The notes under the pieces: model-generated
Told to the model about the DNA's origin: nothing
Database searches by the model: none
What the model saw: the letters and a program-made list of their open reading frames with translations, nothing else
In this document: positions 39,525-51,348 of the stretch, one piece after another
How the letters are laid out: each line of letters opens with the position of its first letter
Numbering within the stretch: position 1 is the stretch's first letter
Assembly: GCA_963695995.1 (NCBI GenBank)
Contig: CAVOIV010000029.1
Location: forward strand, 19-64,018
Direction of reading: 5' to 3'
Source: an uncultured Methylomirabilota bacterium
GTDB taxonomy: Bacteria > Methylomirabilota > Methylomirabilia > Methylomirabilales > 2-02-FULL-66-22
Length of the DNA: 64,000 nt
Position numbers and translations under genes: made by a program

Positions 39525-40472
39525 TCAGCCGGGCAGCCGAACGCCGAGGGCCCAGCAGAGGGTGGAGAACGTCACGAAGGCACACGCCGTCGAGACGAGA
39601 ATCGCCGCCGCGATACGTTCCGCGTTGGCACCCTGTCGTTCGGCGAACAAAAATACCGAACCGCCCACGGGCAGCGCGGCGGCCAGAACCAGCGTGTGCA
39701 CTTCGAGCGGCGTGAGGTGGAACACAAACACCGCCAGCAGACCCGCGAGACCCGGATGAAGCAGCAGCTTGGCGCTGGCGATCACCAGAACGTCGGCGCC
39801 CCAGGCGCCGGCGGCCGGCCGGTACAGTGACACCCCGATGGTGAAAAGCGCCACCGGCCCCGCTGCCTGACCCAGCAGGCGGGCGAACTGGTCCACGGGG
39901 CCCGGCAGGCGCAACTCCCCGGCAGAAAACGCACTCCCCGCAATCACCGCCCACGCGAGCGGGTTCTGGGCGGCGTGGATCAGCGCTCCCGCTAGTGCGG
40001 CGCGCACGCCACCCGCGCCCCGATTCCCCAGCGACGCGCACGCCAGCGCTGCCGAAGTCACCACGAGCAGGTCAGCCATACCCGCCGCAATCAGCGGCGG
40101 CAGCGCGGCCTGGCCCAGGAGTGCCGGCAGCAGCGGGATGCCCATGTAGCCCCAATTCGACCACGCCACCGCGAGTGCCGCAAAGGTGGCGTCGCGCACC
40201 CCTTCACCGGCCACGAAGCGCATCGCCGCCGCAAAGAGCGCAAGCACCGTGAGGCCGGTCACCATGTAGGCCAGGAATACCGGAACATTGACGATATCCT
40301 GGAACGGCGCCCCAGCGGCAAAGCGAAACAGCATGCACGGGAGCGCGAAATACAGGACGAAGGTGTTGAGGGCGGGCACTGCGTTGTCCGGCAGCAGGCG
40401 ATACCGCGCGGCGAGGTACCCGCACAGCACGAGCGCAAAGAAGGGGGCGGTGACGTTGAGGATGGCGATCAT
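39525..40472 (-). CDS. AEC-family (auxin efflux carrier) transporter
   Basis: Intact 315 aa with FFALVLCGYLAARYRLL and FVLYFALPCMLF, and about 10 TMs. Confidence 0.85.
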   Translation of the reverse strand: MIAILNVTAPFFALVLCGYLAARYRLLPDNAVPALNTFVLYFALPCMLFRFAAGAPFQDIVNVPVFLAYMVTGLTVLALFAAAMRFVAGEGVRDATFAALAVAWSNWGYMGIPLLPALLGQAALPPLIAAGMADLLVVTSAALACASLGNRGAGGVRAALAGALIHAAQNPLAWAVIAGSAFSAGELRLPGPVDQFARLLGQAAGPVALFTIGVSLYRPAAGAWGADVLVIASAKLLLHPGLAGLLAVFVFHLTPLEVHTLVLAAALPVGGSVFLFAERQGANAERIAAAILVSTACAFVTFSTLCWALGVRLPG

Positions 40473-40732
40473 GCGTTACCGGCAGAGATGAGGAGCGAGC
40501 GACCGGTGCGTGCGGGGTGCGGTGCCCCAAGCGGGCGCGAGGCTATCGCCCGCGCGGCCGGGTGTCAATGGGAAAGCACCCCGTCCTCGGCCGGACGCAG
40601 GCCAATTTGCGGTCGGAATGGGCGAAATGCGGCGCGCCACCCGGGACCACGGGACGTCTCGGCCCCACGTGGACCGGATGATCGTGGCGATACGAACCCT
40701 CCTTCGTTCCACGGGCGGCCATCGCCGACCCG

Positions 40733-41536
40733 TCACTTCACGCCGACGGCCTTGAAGAACGTGTAACAGAAGGTCCCATCCGGCTCCGCTGTCCGTTCCA
40801 GATCCCGGATGCCCTTGCCCCAGGACTCCGCGTCGATCATTTTCCGCCGAATCGCTTCCGCGCCCGCCCCTTCCACCATGGCCGTGAAGGTCTTCCGGAT
40901 GAAACCGTCCACCAGCGCCGGTCGGGTTGCATCGACGTAGACCATGCGTGGGGAGACGCGCACGTCGCGGACACCGGCCTCGACGAGCAGCGGGTAGAGG
41001 CGGCGGCCGATCAACGCATCGCCGCCGGCTTGCCGCTGCAACTCTACCAGGCATTGAACGGCGCGCCGGGCGGAGGCGCTCTCCGGGTGGAAATAGGCCG
41101 ACCCGTGATCCCCCTCGATGACGGTGAGGGTTCCTCCCGGCTTCAGGACGCGCCCCAGGTGCGCCAGCGCCTTCCCGGGGTCCGCCAGGTGCTCCAGGAC
41201 GAAGCAGACGAAGACGTGGTCGAAATGCGCCAGGGGGAATGGGAGCGAGAAGATGTCCCCCTGCCGGAAGGTGACGTTCGTCAGGCCGGCCGCGCCCACC
41301 CGCTCCTTCGCCTGCGCCAGGGAGTCCGGCGAGATGTCCACCGAGACGAAGCTCGCACCCGGGCTCTTCCCGGCCAGCGTGACCGTCTGGGCGCCGACGC
41401 CGCAGCCCGCTTCGAGCACGAGACTGCCGGCGGGATAGCTGGTGTCGCAATGGAGGAGGTCGGTCGAGCGCCGAGGCCTGATCCGTCAGTCGCCCGCCTC
41501 GGTTGCGGAATAGCCGTGCACGTACTCAGTGGTCAT
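40733..41536 (-). CDS. Class I SAM-dependent methyltransferase, N-terminus disrupted by a short out-of-frame patch with an in-frame TGA
   Basis: MTTEYVHGYSATEAGD, then TGA at 41486-41488. The same phase resumes with STDLLHCDTSYPAGSLVLEAGCGVGAQT...LKPGGTL. The expected RLTDQASAL is in another phase. Confidence 0.8.
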
Positions 41537-41545
41537 CCGCACACC

Positions 41546-42291
41546 TCACGATTCCATCGCGGCTTGCCGATTCTGGGCCCGGTCGCTGTCGCTGTCTCCC
41601 CGGAGCGTCTGCGTCATGAGGCCGAGGACCTGGTCGAGACGCTCGGGGTCCTTCGTGCGCAGATCGGTGATGATCAGGTGGGACGCGCCGGGGGCCACGT
41701 ACACGGCGCGCTCCTTGGTATTCGCGGCGGACTCGTAGATCCTTTGGATCACGCCGGGCGGGATCACCGGGTCACGCTCTCCCGCCACCACGAGAAGCCG
41801 TCCGGCGAAACCGGAGAGGATGTCCCAGGCGTCCGACGCCTCCCAGCTCTTCGGGCGCCGGATGATCTCGGTGAAGCCGCCGTTGAACGGCACCGCGTAC
41901 GCCTCGGCCGCGTACATGGCCGGGCCGATGAGAACCAGGTTGGCGATGTCGTAGCGCCGCAGCAGCGTGACTGCGGTGTAGCCGCCCATGCTGGCGGCCA
42001 GGATGGAGAACGGCTGCGGCAGGGATGTGGCCTCGAGTACGGCGCAGGCCTGCTCGGTTCGGCTCCGGAGGCTGGTGGACCTCAGGTCGCCTCCGGTGTC
42101 GCCGTGGCCGATGCAATCGAAGGCCACCGAGCCGATGCCGTGCGCCCAGAAGTGCTCTCGGAGCTCCCGAAAGCGCTCTCGACAGCCAGCGGCCGGCGCC
42201 GTGCAACACCAGGAGGCGCGGCGGTTCCGCTGCCGGCCAGGACGTCTCCGACGAGCAGGTGGCCGTCGAACGAAACGCGGAAGCCGCGCAT
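41546..42291 (-). CDS. Alpha/beta hydrolase, 2 frame breaks near 42230 and 42195
   Basis: MRGFRVSFDGHLLVGDVLAGSGTAAP, then LLVLHGAGR, then ERFRELREHFWAHGIGSVAFD...ILAASMGGY in three successive phases. The start overlaps the recD stop (TGATG). Confidence 0.8.
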
Positions 42292-44154
42292 CACCCGGTC
42301 CCCCACAGGGCATCGCGCAGCCCGGAGGAGCGGGTGAGGCAACGGGAGACAGCGGCGGCGAAGACCTCGGCGCTGCCCCAGATCTCGACGCGGGAGCGGG
42401 CGCGCGTGAGGCCGGTGTAGACAAGCTCGCGCGTCATGACCGGCGTGAGCTCGTCCGGGAGGATCAGCAGGATCTCGTCCGCTTCGGAGCCCTGGCTCTT
42501 GTGGACCGTGGCGGCATAGGCAGTCTCGTGCTCGGGCAGCCGGGCGGGCGGCGAGCCGTCGCAGGCCGCCCTCGGCCGTGCGGAAGAAGACGCGGAACCT
42601 GCCGCTCCGCCGCCGGGTCGGCCAGCGTGATGCCCAGGTCCCCGTTGAAGAGGCGAAGGTTGTAGTCGTTCGCCGTGACCAGCACCGGTCGGCCGTGGTA
42701 CCAGGGCGTCCGCGGGCGAATCGCGCGTCGCGACTCCAGGCAGCTCGCGATGAGCGTGTTCAGGGCCTCGACGCCGTAGGGACCGGTGCGGTGGGCGCAC
42801 AGGACGCGGAACCGCTCCAGGGCCGTCAGGGCCGCCTCGGGGGTCTCGGCAGCCAGGTACGCCCCCAGCCTTTCCGCGATCTCGGCGAGCCGCGACGCGA
42901 GATCCCGGGGCGACTCCAATGGACGCCAGACGATATCCTCGCACTCGCCTCGCGTCGAGGAGGTCCAGGGCCGATCGGCCGTCCCCCCGGTTCACGAGGT
43001 GCGCCAGTCGGCCGATGCCGCTGTCCTGGCCGAAGCGGTAGCTCCGCGTGAGCTGGACGATGGCGTCGCGGATCGGCGGCCCCGATTCGTCCGCCGATCC
43101 ATCGCGGGACGCTGCGCCGCCCGCGTCCGCCGGATCGTGTCCGGTCACCTCGATCAATCGCCGCCGAAAGGCCGGCGAGAATCCCGGCGAGTCGCCGCAG
43201 ATGTCGCCCAGCACCGCGCCGGCCTCGACCGAGGCGAGCTGGTCCTTGTCCCCGAGCAGGATCAGGCGCGCCGTTCTCGGCACGGCCCGGACCAGCTTCG
43301 CCATGAGGGCCAGGTCCACCATGGAGGCCTCGTCCACGACCAGGACGTCCACCGGCAAGGGATTGTCCCGATCGTGCCGGAAGTCGACCGACCCCGGCCG
43401 GAAACCCAGCAGCCGGTGGATCGTCGTCGCCTCGACGGGGATGGCATCGCGAATGCGGGCATCCACCGGCAGCGTCTCCCGGCTGGCGCGGATGGCCTCC
43501 TGCATCCTCGCCGCCGCCTTGCCCGGTGGGGGCCGCGAGGGCGATGCGGAGGGGGGCCGCGCGCCTGCTCCAGCAGCAGGGCGAGGATGCGCACCACGGT
43601 GGTGGTCTTGCCCGTCCCCGGACCGCCGGAGATGACGCAGAAGCGCTTCAGCGCGGCCACGGCGGCGGCCAGGCGCTGCCGGTCCGCTTCGCCTCGGCCG
43701 CAGGCGGGAAGAGCCGATCGAGCGCCGTCCCGCAGGCGCCGCGGGTCCACATCGGCCGGATCGTCGGCGATGCGGGCCTGGAGGTCCGAGCGACGAGCTC
43801 GTGCTCGTAGGCCCAGTAGCGATACAGATACAGGCGGCCGGCCTCGTCCAGGATGAGCGGCGCGTAGTCGCCCGGCCGGCCCACCACCTGGTGTCGTCGC
43901 AGGGCCTCGCACCAGACGCGCGAGCGGCGGGGCGAGCCCCGGCTCGCCCTCGCCCAGCGCGGCGAGCGGCTGCCCGGCGGCGTCGGCCAGGCTCACGCAG
44001 ATGTGCTCCCTGGCTCGTCGCGCGGCAGACCAGGCGCGCGGCGAGCGCGAGGAGGGGATCCTCGCTGCCCGGCCAGCCGCGACAGCAGCCGGGCCATGTG
44101 CGCGTCCAGGCCGCCGGTCTCGGCGATCGCCTGCGCGTTCGCCCAGATCTTCAT
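42291..44154 (-). pseudogene. recD: RecD (exodeoxyribonuclease V alpha), at least 10 frame breaks
   Basis: [37 protein letters not shown] and [12 protein letters not shown] are spread over all three phases (ORFs 43262..44194, 43648..43887, 42291..43505, 42464..42919). Confidence 0.88.
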
Positions 44155-44168
44155 GCCACATCTCCTGG

Positions 44169-44320
44169 CAGAGCGACAAGAGACTCGTCTTCACCCAGGC
44201 TGCTCAAAAAGGTCCAGATGCAAGGCGGCACGCCGGAGGCCGAGCGAGGCGTACTGGAGGTACGCCGCAGCGAGTGCCGAGGCGGGCCAACGCCGCAGAT
44301 GGGCCTTTTTCAGCAGCCTG
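44169..44320. repeat. Imperfect-palindrome intergenic repeat (MITE/ERIC-like), copy 1
   Basis: Homologous to 51203-51348 and 54803-54949. The 125-bp core at 44196-44320 has near-perfect 21-bp terminal inverted repeats (CAGGCTGCTCAAAAAGGTCCA / TGGGCCTTTTTCAGCAGCCTG). Confidence 0.85.
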
Positions 44321-47300
44321 AGGCCAGGTACCGATCCAGCGCGACGATCAACGCCTCGGAGGGCCGGTCGCGATAGACGCCGAAGTCCGGGCCTCGCGCC
44401 GGATCCATCCCCCGCACGAACAGGTAGAACACGCCGCCGAAGTCCCGCTCGTACCGGTACTCCGGCAGCCGCTGCGAGAGATACCGGGTGAGCGCGACGG
44501 TGTAGATCAGGTACTGCAGGTCGTAGGCTTCCCGGGCCATCACCTGGGGCAGCCGCTCCGCCCGGTAGGCGTCCGGTCCCTCGCCCAGCCAGTTCGACTT
44601 GTAGTCCGCGAGGTAATAGCGGCCTCCCGCCTCGAAGACCAGGTCCATGGAGCCGGTCATGTAGCCTCGCACCGGGTCGAATGCTCAGCTCCTGGATCCG
44701 GCCCTCGGATGGCTCCGTCGTGGCCGTGCTGCGCGGAGCAGGGCGGTCAGCCGTCGCGGATCGAGGCGGGCCACCGGATAGTGGAACATCAGCTCGTCCA
44801 GCCGCTCCGCGCGCGCCACGCGGGCCAGGCAGAGACCGGTGGCGGCATCCAGCGGCGTCCGCAGGACGCTTCTCCACCATGTCCGCCACGGCGGTCTGCC
44901 AGGCCACATCGAAGCCGTGCTCGCGGAGCGCGTCGCCGCGCGGCCGCCTCGATGCACGGTCCCGGTCGGCCCGCGCGAAATCCAGCGAGGCGAAGAGGGC
45001 GTGCATGAAGATTCCCGCCCGGACGCCGCGCGGGAAGTCGGCGATGTCGGACGGGGCGCCTGGCCCGGCAGGACCGTCCGTCCGCCTCGCTCCGGCGAGG
45101 GGGCGGCATCGTAATCCGGCGCCTCCCGATGGCTGCCCGCCGTGAGCCCCGAGAAGCTGGTGACCTGCCAGCCCTTCGGGATCCGTCCCGGCGAAGGGCC
45201 GCGCCTGGAGCGACTCCGGGACGGGTGCCGAGGGGACGGGCGCCGGCGGCTCCGCCGGGGAGACGCTCTCGACCGCGATCACGCCCCCGGCGCTCTGCGC
45301 CAGCCGCATGAGATCCGCCAGGACCTCCCGGTCGCTCGAGGCCCTTGGCCCGCTCGCGGACGGAGGCCGCCCGGTCCGCCCCCGCGCGCCAGCTCCGCCG
45401 GCTGATGCAGCAGGTAGGCCAGCCCCGACAGCTCCCCCCCGTTGATGTTCCCCCACACGACCGTGCAGCGATGCTCGGCGCGCGTCAGGGCAACGTACGC
45501 GAGCCGCAGATGCTCCGCCAGCGCCTCGCGCTCGGCCAGCGCCCGCGCCTCGTCGAACCGGTCCGATCCCGCGTCCAGCGTGGGCGCGATTCTCGGCGGC
45601 CGGGTCGTGGAACAGCACGCCGAGCTCCTTCGTCCTTGCCGCGCAGCGAGCACGTCCCACAGGAACGGGCAGAAGACCACCGGGTACTGCAGGCCCTTGC
45701 TCTTGTGGATGGTGGCGATCTTCACCAGGTTCTCGTCGCTCTCCAGGCGAAGCTGGGCCTCCTCGGGCGCCGTCTCTCCATTCTGCCGGTGGGCCGCCAG
45801 CCAGTCGATCAGGCCTTCCATCCCCAGGTGGTCCGCGGCGGCCGCAGCCTGCAGCAGTTCCGTGAGGTGCAGGACGTTGGTGAGCCGCCGCTCGCCGTCC
45901 TCGAATCGCCAGGAGGCGCGCCGCCACACCCTCCGCCTTCATCAGCCGGCGGAACATCTGGACGAATCCCTGGTCCCGCCAGAGCGTCTGGTACTCCAGG
46001 AACGCGTTCGCCCGCGCCTCCCAGGCCGCCTCGTCCTCGCCGAGCGACCTCCAGCGCGTTCCCGCCGAGGCCGAAGAGATCCGTGGCCAGGGCGGCCCGG
46101 ACCAGCGACTCGCGCCCCGGCTGCGCCACGGCCAGGAGGACGCGCTCGATCTCCGCCGCCTCGTGCGTCTCGAAGACGCTCGCCTCGCCGAGCTGGACGC
46201 TGGCGACGCCCCGCGCGAGGAGCGCCGCCCGCACCCGGTCGGCCTGGGCGTTGGTCCGCACCAGGACCGCGATGTCCCCGCCGCGGAGCGCCGTCTCCCC
46301 GATCCGGGCCTCGCCCCGGCCGGCCGCCGCGAGAAGCCGCGCGATCTCGGCCGCCGTGGCCTGGATCGCCGCGTCCGCGGCCTTCCCCTTGGGCAGCGGC
46401 TCGCGCTCGTCCGCGCGGGAGAGGCACCAGATCCGGAGCGGCGCATCGGCGTCCCCCGCCACCGAGAGGACGTTGCGCTCCTTCTCGGCCGGCCGCACCG
46501 GGAGGAACTCGATCTCGTCGAACAGGAACGGGCTCGCCCGCACCGCCGAACACGGCGTTCACCGCCCGGACCAGCCCGGGGGCGGAGCGCCAGTTCCGAT
46601 CCAGCGTTCGCCTCGCCTCCGCGTCGCGGCCCGCCGCCAGATAGGCGAAGATGTCCGCACCCCGGAAGCCGAAGATGGCCTGCTTGGGATCCCCCACCAG
46701 GAAGACCGGGAGCCGGCTTGCGCCGTAGATCCGCCTGAAGATCGAGTACTGGACGGGATCGGTGTCCTGGAACTCGTCGATCAGCGCCGCGGAGTAACGC
46801 CGGCGCAGGCCCGCGGCCAGCGCCGCGCCGTGCGGGGCCTCGAGCGCGCTGGTCCAGGCGCAGCAGGAGATCCTGGTACGCGGTGAGCTGCCGGCGCTCC
46901 TTCCGCACGGCCAGCTCTCGCCGGCAGTAGTCGAGGAGCTCCAGCTTGAGCGTCTTGGCCCGGAACGCGAGGTACTCCACCAGCGACTGCCAGGCCTCCG
47001 TCAGCCGCTCGCAGGCCGCGAAGAACGGGTGGGCCGGCGGGGCGCACCCCTTCTTGGCGGCCGGACCGCAACGCGCCCGACCGTGAACTTCTCGACGCGG
47101 GCACACCAGGCGGCGTGCGCCTCGGCCGGCCGCAGGAAGGCATCGATCTCGTCCAGCCAGACCGGGAGGGATCTCGGCGGGTACTTGGAGGCGTTCAGCG
47201 AGGTCTGGCTGCGAAGCAGCGTCTCGATCGCCGCCCGGTCCGCGTCCCAGAGACCCCGTGCCTCGCGGTAGCGGGTCTCGTAGAGCGCCTCGGCCTCGGA

Positions 47301-47948
47301 AGAATCGGCCGGCGGCGTTGGGGGTCGGACGGTAAGCGACATCCTCCGCAGGTACGGCCGCACGCTCCTGGCGAGCTCCTCCGGGCTCCACCCCCGCCGC
47401 AGCAGATACCCCACCAGGAGCCGTGATCCCCGGTAGAGGCGCTTCCGCCAGAAATCGTCCACGACCTCTTGCAGGATCTCCCCCTCGTCCGGGACCAGCT
47501 CGGCCTCGAACGGCTGGCCGCTCTCGAAGGCACCCTCCTTGAGCACACGCTGGCAGAAACCGTGGATGGTGAGGATCGCCGCCTCGTCGAACCCCTGGAC
47601 CGCCTGGGCGAGCCGGCGTGCGGCCGCGGCGCGCTCCGGGATGCGGGCCAGCAATCCGGCCAGGACCCCGTCCCTGGGATTCGCCAGGACCCCGCGTTCA
47701 AACGCCCCGCGTGCCGCTTCCAGTCTGGCGCGGATCCGGTCGCGCAGCTCCGCCGTGGCGGCCACCGTGAAGGTGACGACCAGGATCTGATCCACCGGCC
47801 GGCCGCCCTCCAGCACCAGCCGCAGGTAGAGATCCGCCAGAGTGTGGGTCTTCCCCGTCCCGGCGCTGGCCTCGATGAGGTGGAGACCTTCCAGGGGCTC
47901 CGCCAGGATGTCCAGCGGTCGGGTCCGGCCGTGCGCCCGCCCGCTCAT
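44310..47948 (-). pseudogene. recB: RecB (exodeoxyribonuclease V beta), at least 12 frame breaks
   Basis: EASAGTGKTHTL, LIDEFQDTDPVQ, GDPKQAIFGFRGAD, TIHKSKGLQYPVVF, YVALTRA and the nuclease motif DLVFEAGGRYYLADYKSN are scattered over three phases. The start overlaps the recC stop (ATGA). Confidence 0.9.
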
Positions 47949-50900
47949 GGCCGTCGGTGCTCCAGCATGGGCAAGAACACCTCCCGCGCCAGCCGCTCGA
48001 AGTCGGCGTCCAGCGGGTCCTGGCTCCGAAACACCAGGCGGTGGTACGGGTCCTGTCCTTCCGGGGTCTTCTTCGAGAAGTCGTTTCCGACCCAGACCGT
48101 GCGGGCGGCCGCCAGCGCCCGCTCTTCGCCCTGGCCCTTCTGCAGGCGCTCGGCGTAGGCGAAACTCGCCTCCGGAAAGAGATGCAGGGGCTGCGAGAGT
48201 CCCGCCCAATAGATCCCGGCCAGCGCCGCGAGACGCGGCAGCGGATCCTCGACCGGTCCCAACAGGATCGTCTCCTCCTCGCCGACCCAGCAGCTCTCGC
48301 GGGCCACCCCCGGCGGCCGAAGGCTATTCAGGAGCAGGTGCCGGAGCCAGAGCGCGATCCAATCTTTCGGCTTGGCCGTGGTCAGCCGGTAATCCAGGAG
48401 ACCCTGCCCGCTCACGCCCGTCAGCCAGCCGGTCAGCCGGATGGGGCCGAGGTCGCAGTCCACGGGGATCGGGTCCGGCCGCTCGGCGGGTCGCCGCTCT
48501 TCGAGGCGCCTGGCGAAGGCCTCGACCTTCTCCGCCTCCCCGGCGAAGAGCACCTCTCCCACGCGGCCCTGCGGCAGTCGCCCGCCGCCTCGGGCGACCT
48601 CCCAGGCGTCGGCCGGCGAGCCACCGGCGAGCCGGAGGTCGAGCAGCTCCTGTCGCAGCTCGTAGGCGGCCAGCCCGTCGAGGGTGAACGGCTCACGACT
48701 CTCCAGCAGCCCTTCCTGCTCCTCCAGGTGGATCCGCAGCCGCTCGCGGACCAGGTACTTCACCGGCTGCCGAAAGAAACGGATGAAGCGGGCCACATCC
48801 ACCGTGCGCCACTCGCCCGGCGGCTCCGCCAGGGGGTGCGCCAGGAACGGCTGCGGGCCGGGGGAGGTCCGCCACCGCCGGCTGGCCTCGCAGAATTCCT
48901 CCGAGTAGCTGAAGAGCTGCGACCCGGCCCCGCCGCCCCGGAAGTAGCGCGGGCTGAAGGCGTGCAGCGGATGGCGCGTGACCAGCCGGTCGCGGAGCGT
49001 GCCTTCACCCTCCGGAGGAGCGAACCCGCGCTCCGCGTAGTCCAGGAGCTCGCTCACCAGAACCGAGGGCGGGAGTTTCGCGTTGTCCCGGTTGCTCTGC
49101 CCCACGTAGCTCAGGTACAGGACGCGGCGTGCCGAGACGACGGCCTCCAGGAACAGATAGCGGTCGTCGTCGCGGCGGGACCGGTCGCCGGTGCGGACGT
49201 TCTCGCTCATCAGGTCGAAGCCCGGCGCACGCCGGCTGCGCGGATAGCTCCCGTCGTTCAGCCCGATGAGGCAGACCACCTGGAAGGGGACGCTCCGCAT
49301 CGGGAGCATGGCACAGAACGTCACCCGCCCCGCCAGGAAGCGCCCGCCGCCCCGCGGATCTCCCAGCGCGGCCTGGAGCGCGGACCGGACGACGGCGAGC
49401 GAGACCGGAGTGCCGAAGTCGGCCTGGGCCGCCTCCGCAGCAAGCGCCGCGGCCGCCCGGCGGATGTCGGCGACCTGCTCCTCCTCGTCCTCGTCGGCAT
49501 CCAGGAAGCGGCCGAGGAGGCGCACGAGGAGGTCCGCCCATCCTGCGACCGGGCGGGCGCGCGACAGCTCTTCCCGCGCGGCGAAGAGGGCCTCGGCGAA
49601 GGAGCAGAGCCGACCCAGAATCCGGCTGGCCGCCCCCTCGATCTCGTCGTAGGGCAGGATGCCCTCGAAGAGCCGCCGCCCGCCCGCGGGCAGGGCGTAG
49701 CCCAGCAGCAGCCGGTCCAGGCCGGCGCGCCAGGTGTGCTCCGCGGTCGCAGGCAGGTCGAGGGCCGCGCGGCTCTCCCCGTCCACCCCCCAGCGCACCC
49801 CCGTGGCCCGGACCCAGTCCTGGATCTGCGGCCAGGTCGCCCTCCGCGATGCCGAACCGCCGGCGCACCGGCTCGATCTCCAGCAGGCCCAGCACCTGCT
49901 CCGCCCCGAAGCGGCCCTCCGCGATTTCCAGCAGCGAGAAGAAGGCAGTTACCACCGGGCTCTCCGCCCGCTGACGGCGATCCGCGATGCTGAAGGGAAT
50001 CCGCCGGTCCGGCTCCGCGGTGCCGAAGACTGCCTCGATGAACGGGGCGTAGGCCTCGATGTCCGGGGTCATGACGGCGACATCCCCCGGCTCGAGCCCT
50101 GGGTCCGCCTCGAACAGGGCCAGGAGCTGATCGTAGAGGACCTCCACCTCGCGCATGGGGCCGTGACAGGAGTGGACCTGGACCGAACAGTCATCGGAGC
50201 GGAGGCGGGTGCGGGGAGCGCCGTCCTCCCCCCGGTTCCGCAGGGTGAGGATGTCGGTCTGGAGACAGTGGAGCAGGGTGTCCTCGCCGGGCTCCTCGAA
50301 CTCCCCCAGCTCGTGCGGGTCGTAATCCAGGAGCAGCCCGAGGAAATCCCGCCCCTGCTTGCCGCAGGCGGCCAGCAGGCTGTTGCCGGTCTCTAGGTAT
50401 AGCTCGCGCGGATCCCGGTCTTTGACGCGCCGGGCGATCTCGCGCGCGGATCGAATCTCGGCCCAGAACTGCCGGCAGGGGTTGAGCAGGAAGAGATGGA
50501 CGTCCAGGCGCTCGGCCAACCGGGCGAAGACCTCGAGCTGCGCCGGCGGCAGCGTCGGGATGCCGAAGAGGCTGAGCCGGGAGGGGAGCCCGAACGGTTC
50601 GGACGGCACACCGTCGAGCGCGGCCAGGAAACGCGCCTGCACCCGCACCCGGTGGATGCCCCCGACCGACCGGACCAGCTCGCGCCAGAGGGGCGCGTGC
50701 CAGGACTCCCCGCCCCCCCGCTCCCAGTCCAGGATCCAGTCCGGCCGGTAGACCAGATACTGGTCGAACAGGTCGGCGATCCGCGAGGCGAGCTGATGGC
50801 GGCGGAGGTCGTCCTCGGCATCCGCGAGATAGGCGCGGAGCGGGGCGAAGACCTCTCCGCCGGCGATGGTGGGGAGCAGTCCCATCAGACGCCAGACCAG

Positions 50901-51167
50901 GACCTCCCGATCGTAGGGGGAGTGGTCCGGCACGTCGAAGAGGATCCGGCCGAAGAGCTTCCAGACCAGGCTGGAGGGGAGGGGGAAGTCGATGTTGGCG
51001 GAGACGCCGAGGCGGTCCGCCAGCCGCATCCGGAGCCAGCGGGCCATCCCGTTGCTCTGGACCGCGATGGTCTCGGGCGTGAGCGGCGGAGCGAGGGGGA
51101 CGCGCAGGACCTCGGCCAGGTCGTCCGCCAGCCGCTCCAGGCGGTTACTCTGATGGAGGATCAGCAT
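47945..51167 (-). CDS. recC: RecC (exodeoxyribonuclease V gamma), 1 frame break near 49810
   Basis: MLILHQSNRLERLADDL...IAVQSNGMARWL in ORF 49005..51257 continues in ORF 47945..49798 (RWGVDGESRAALDL...). Confidence 0.9.
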
Positions 51168-51202
51168 CCGGCGCACCCCAGAGCCATCAGGACCGTCCCT
51201 AG

Positions 51203-51348
51203 CAGGATGCTGACAAAACTCGTTTTCACTCAGGCTGCTCAAAAGGTCCAGCCGCAAGGCGGACGCCCATCGAGCGGGCGTACTAGCGGTACGTCGCAGC
51301 GCCGCGCGAGCGCGAGCAACGCAGCAGATGGGCCTTTTCAGCGACCTG
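51203..51348. repeat. Imperfect-palindrome intergenic repeat (MITE/ERIC-like), copy 2, flanked by CTAG/CTAG
   Basis: CTAG at 51199-51202 and at 51349-51352. The termini are CAGGATGCTGACAAAA on the left and the reverse complement CAGGTCGCTGAAAAGG on the right. Confidence 0.85.

Noticed and set aside
41486-41488. In-frame TGA as a possible selenocysteine codon
   Set aside because: The codons around it are out of phase with the expected protein sequence, consistent with two nearby indels. No SECIS-like hairpin is evident, and homologous methyltransferases are not selenoproteins.
44191-47391. 1066-aa ORF spanning most of recB
   Set aside because: It is open only because of the very high GC. It carries true RecB sequence in short patches (for example FFAACERLTEAWQSLVEYLAFRAK and EDEAAWEARANAFLEYQTLWRDQGFVQMF). 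Elsewhere it is Arg/Gly/Pro-rich out-of-frame translation that extends through the intergenic repeat.
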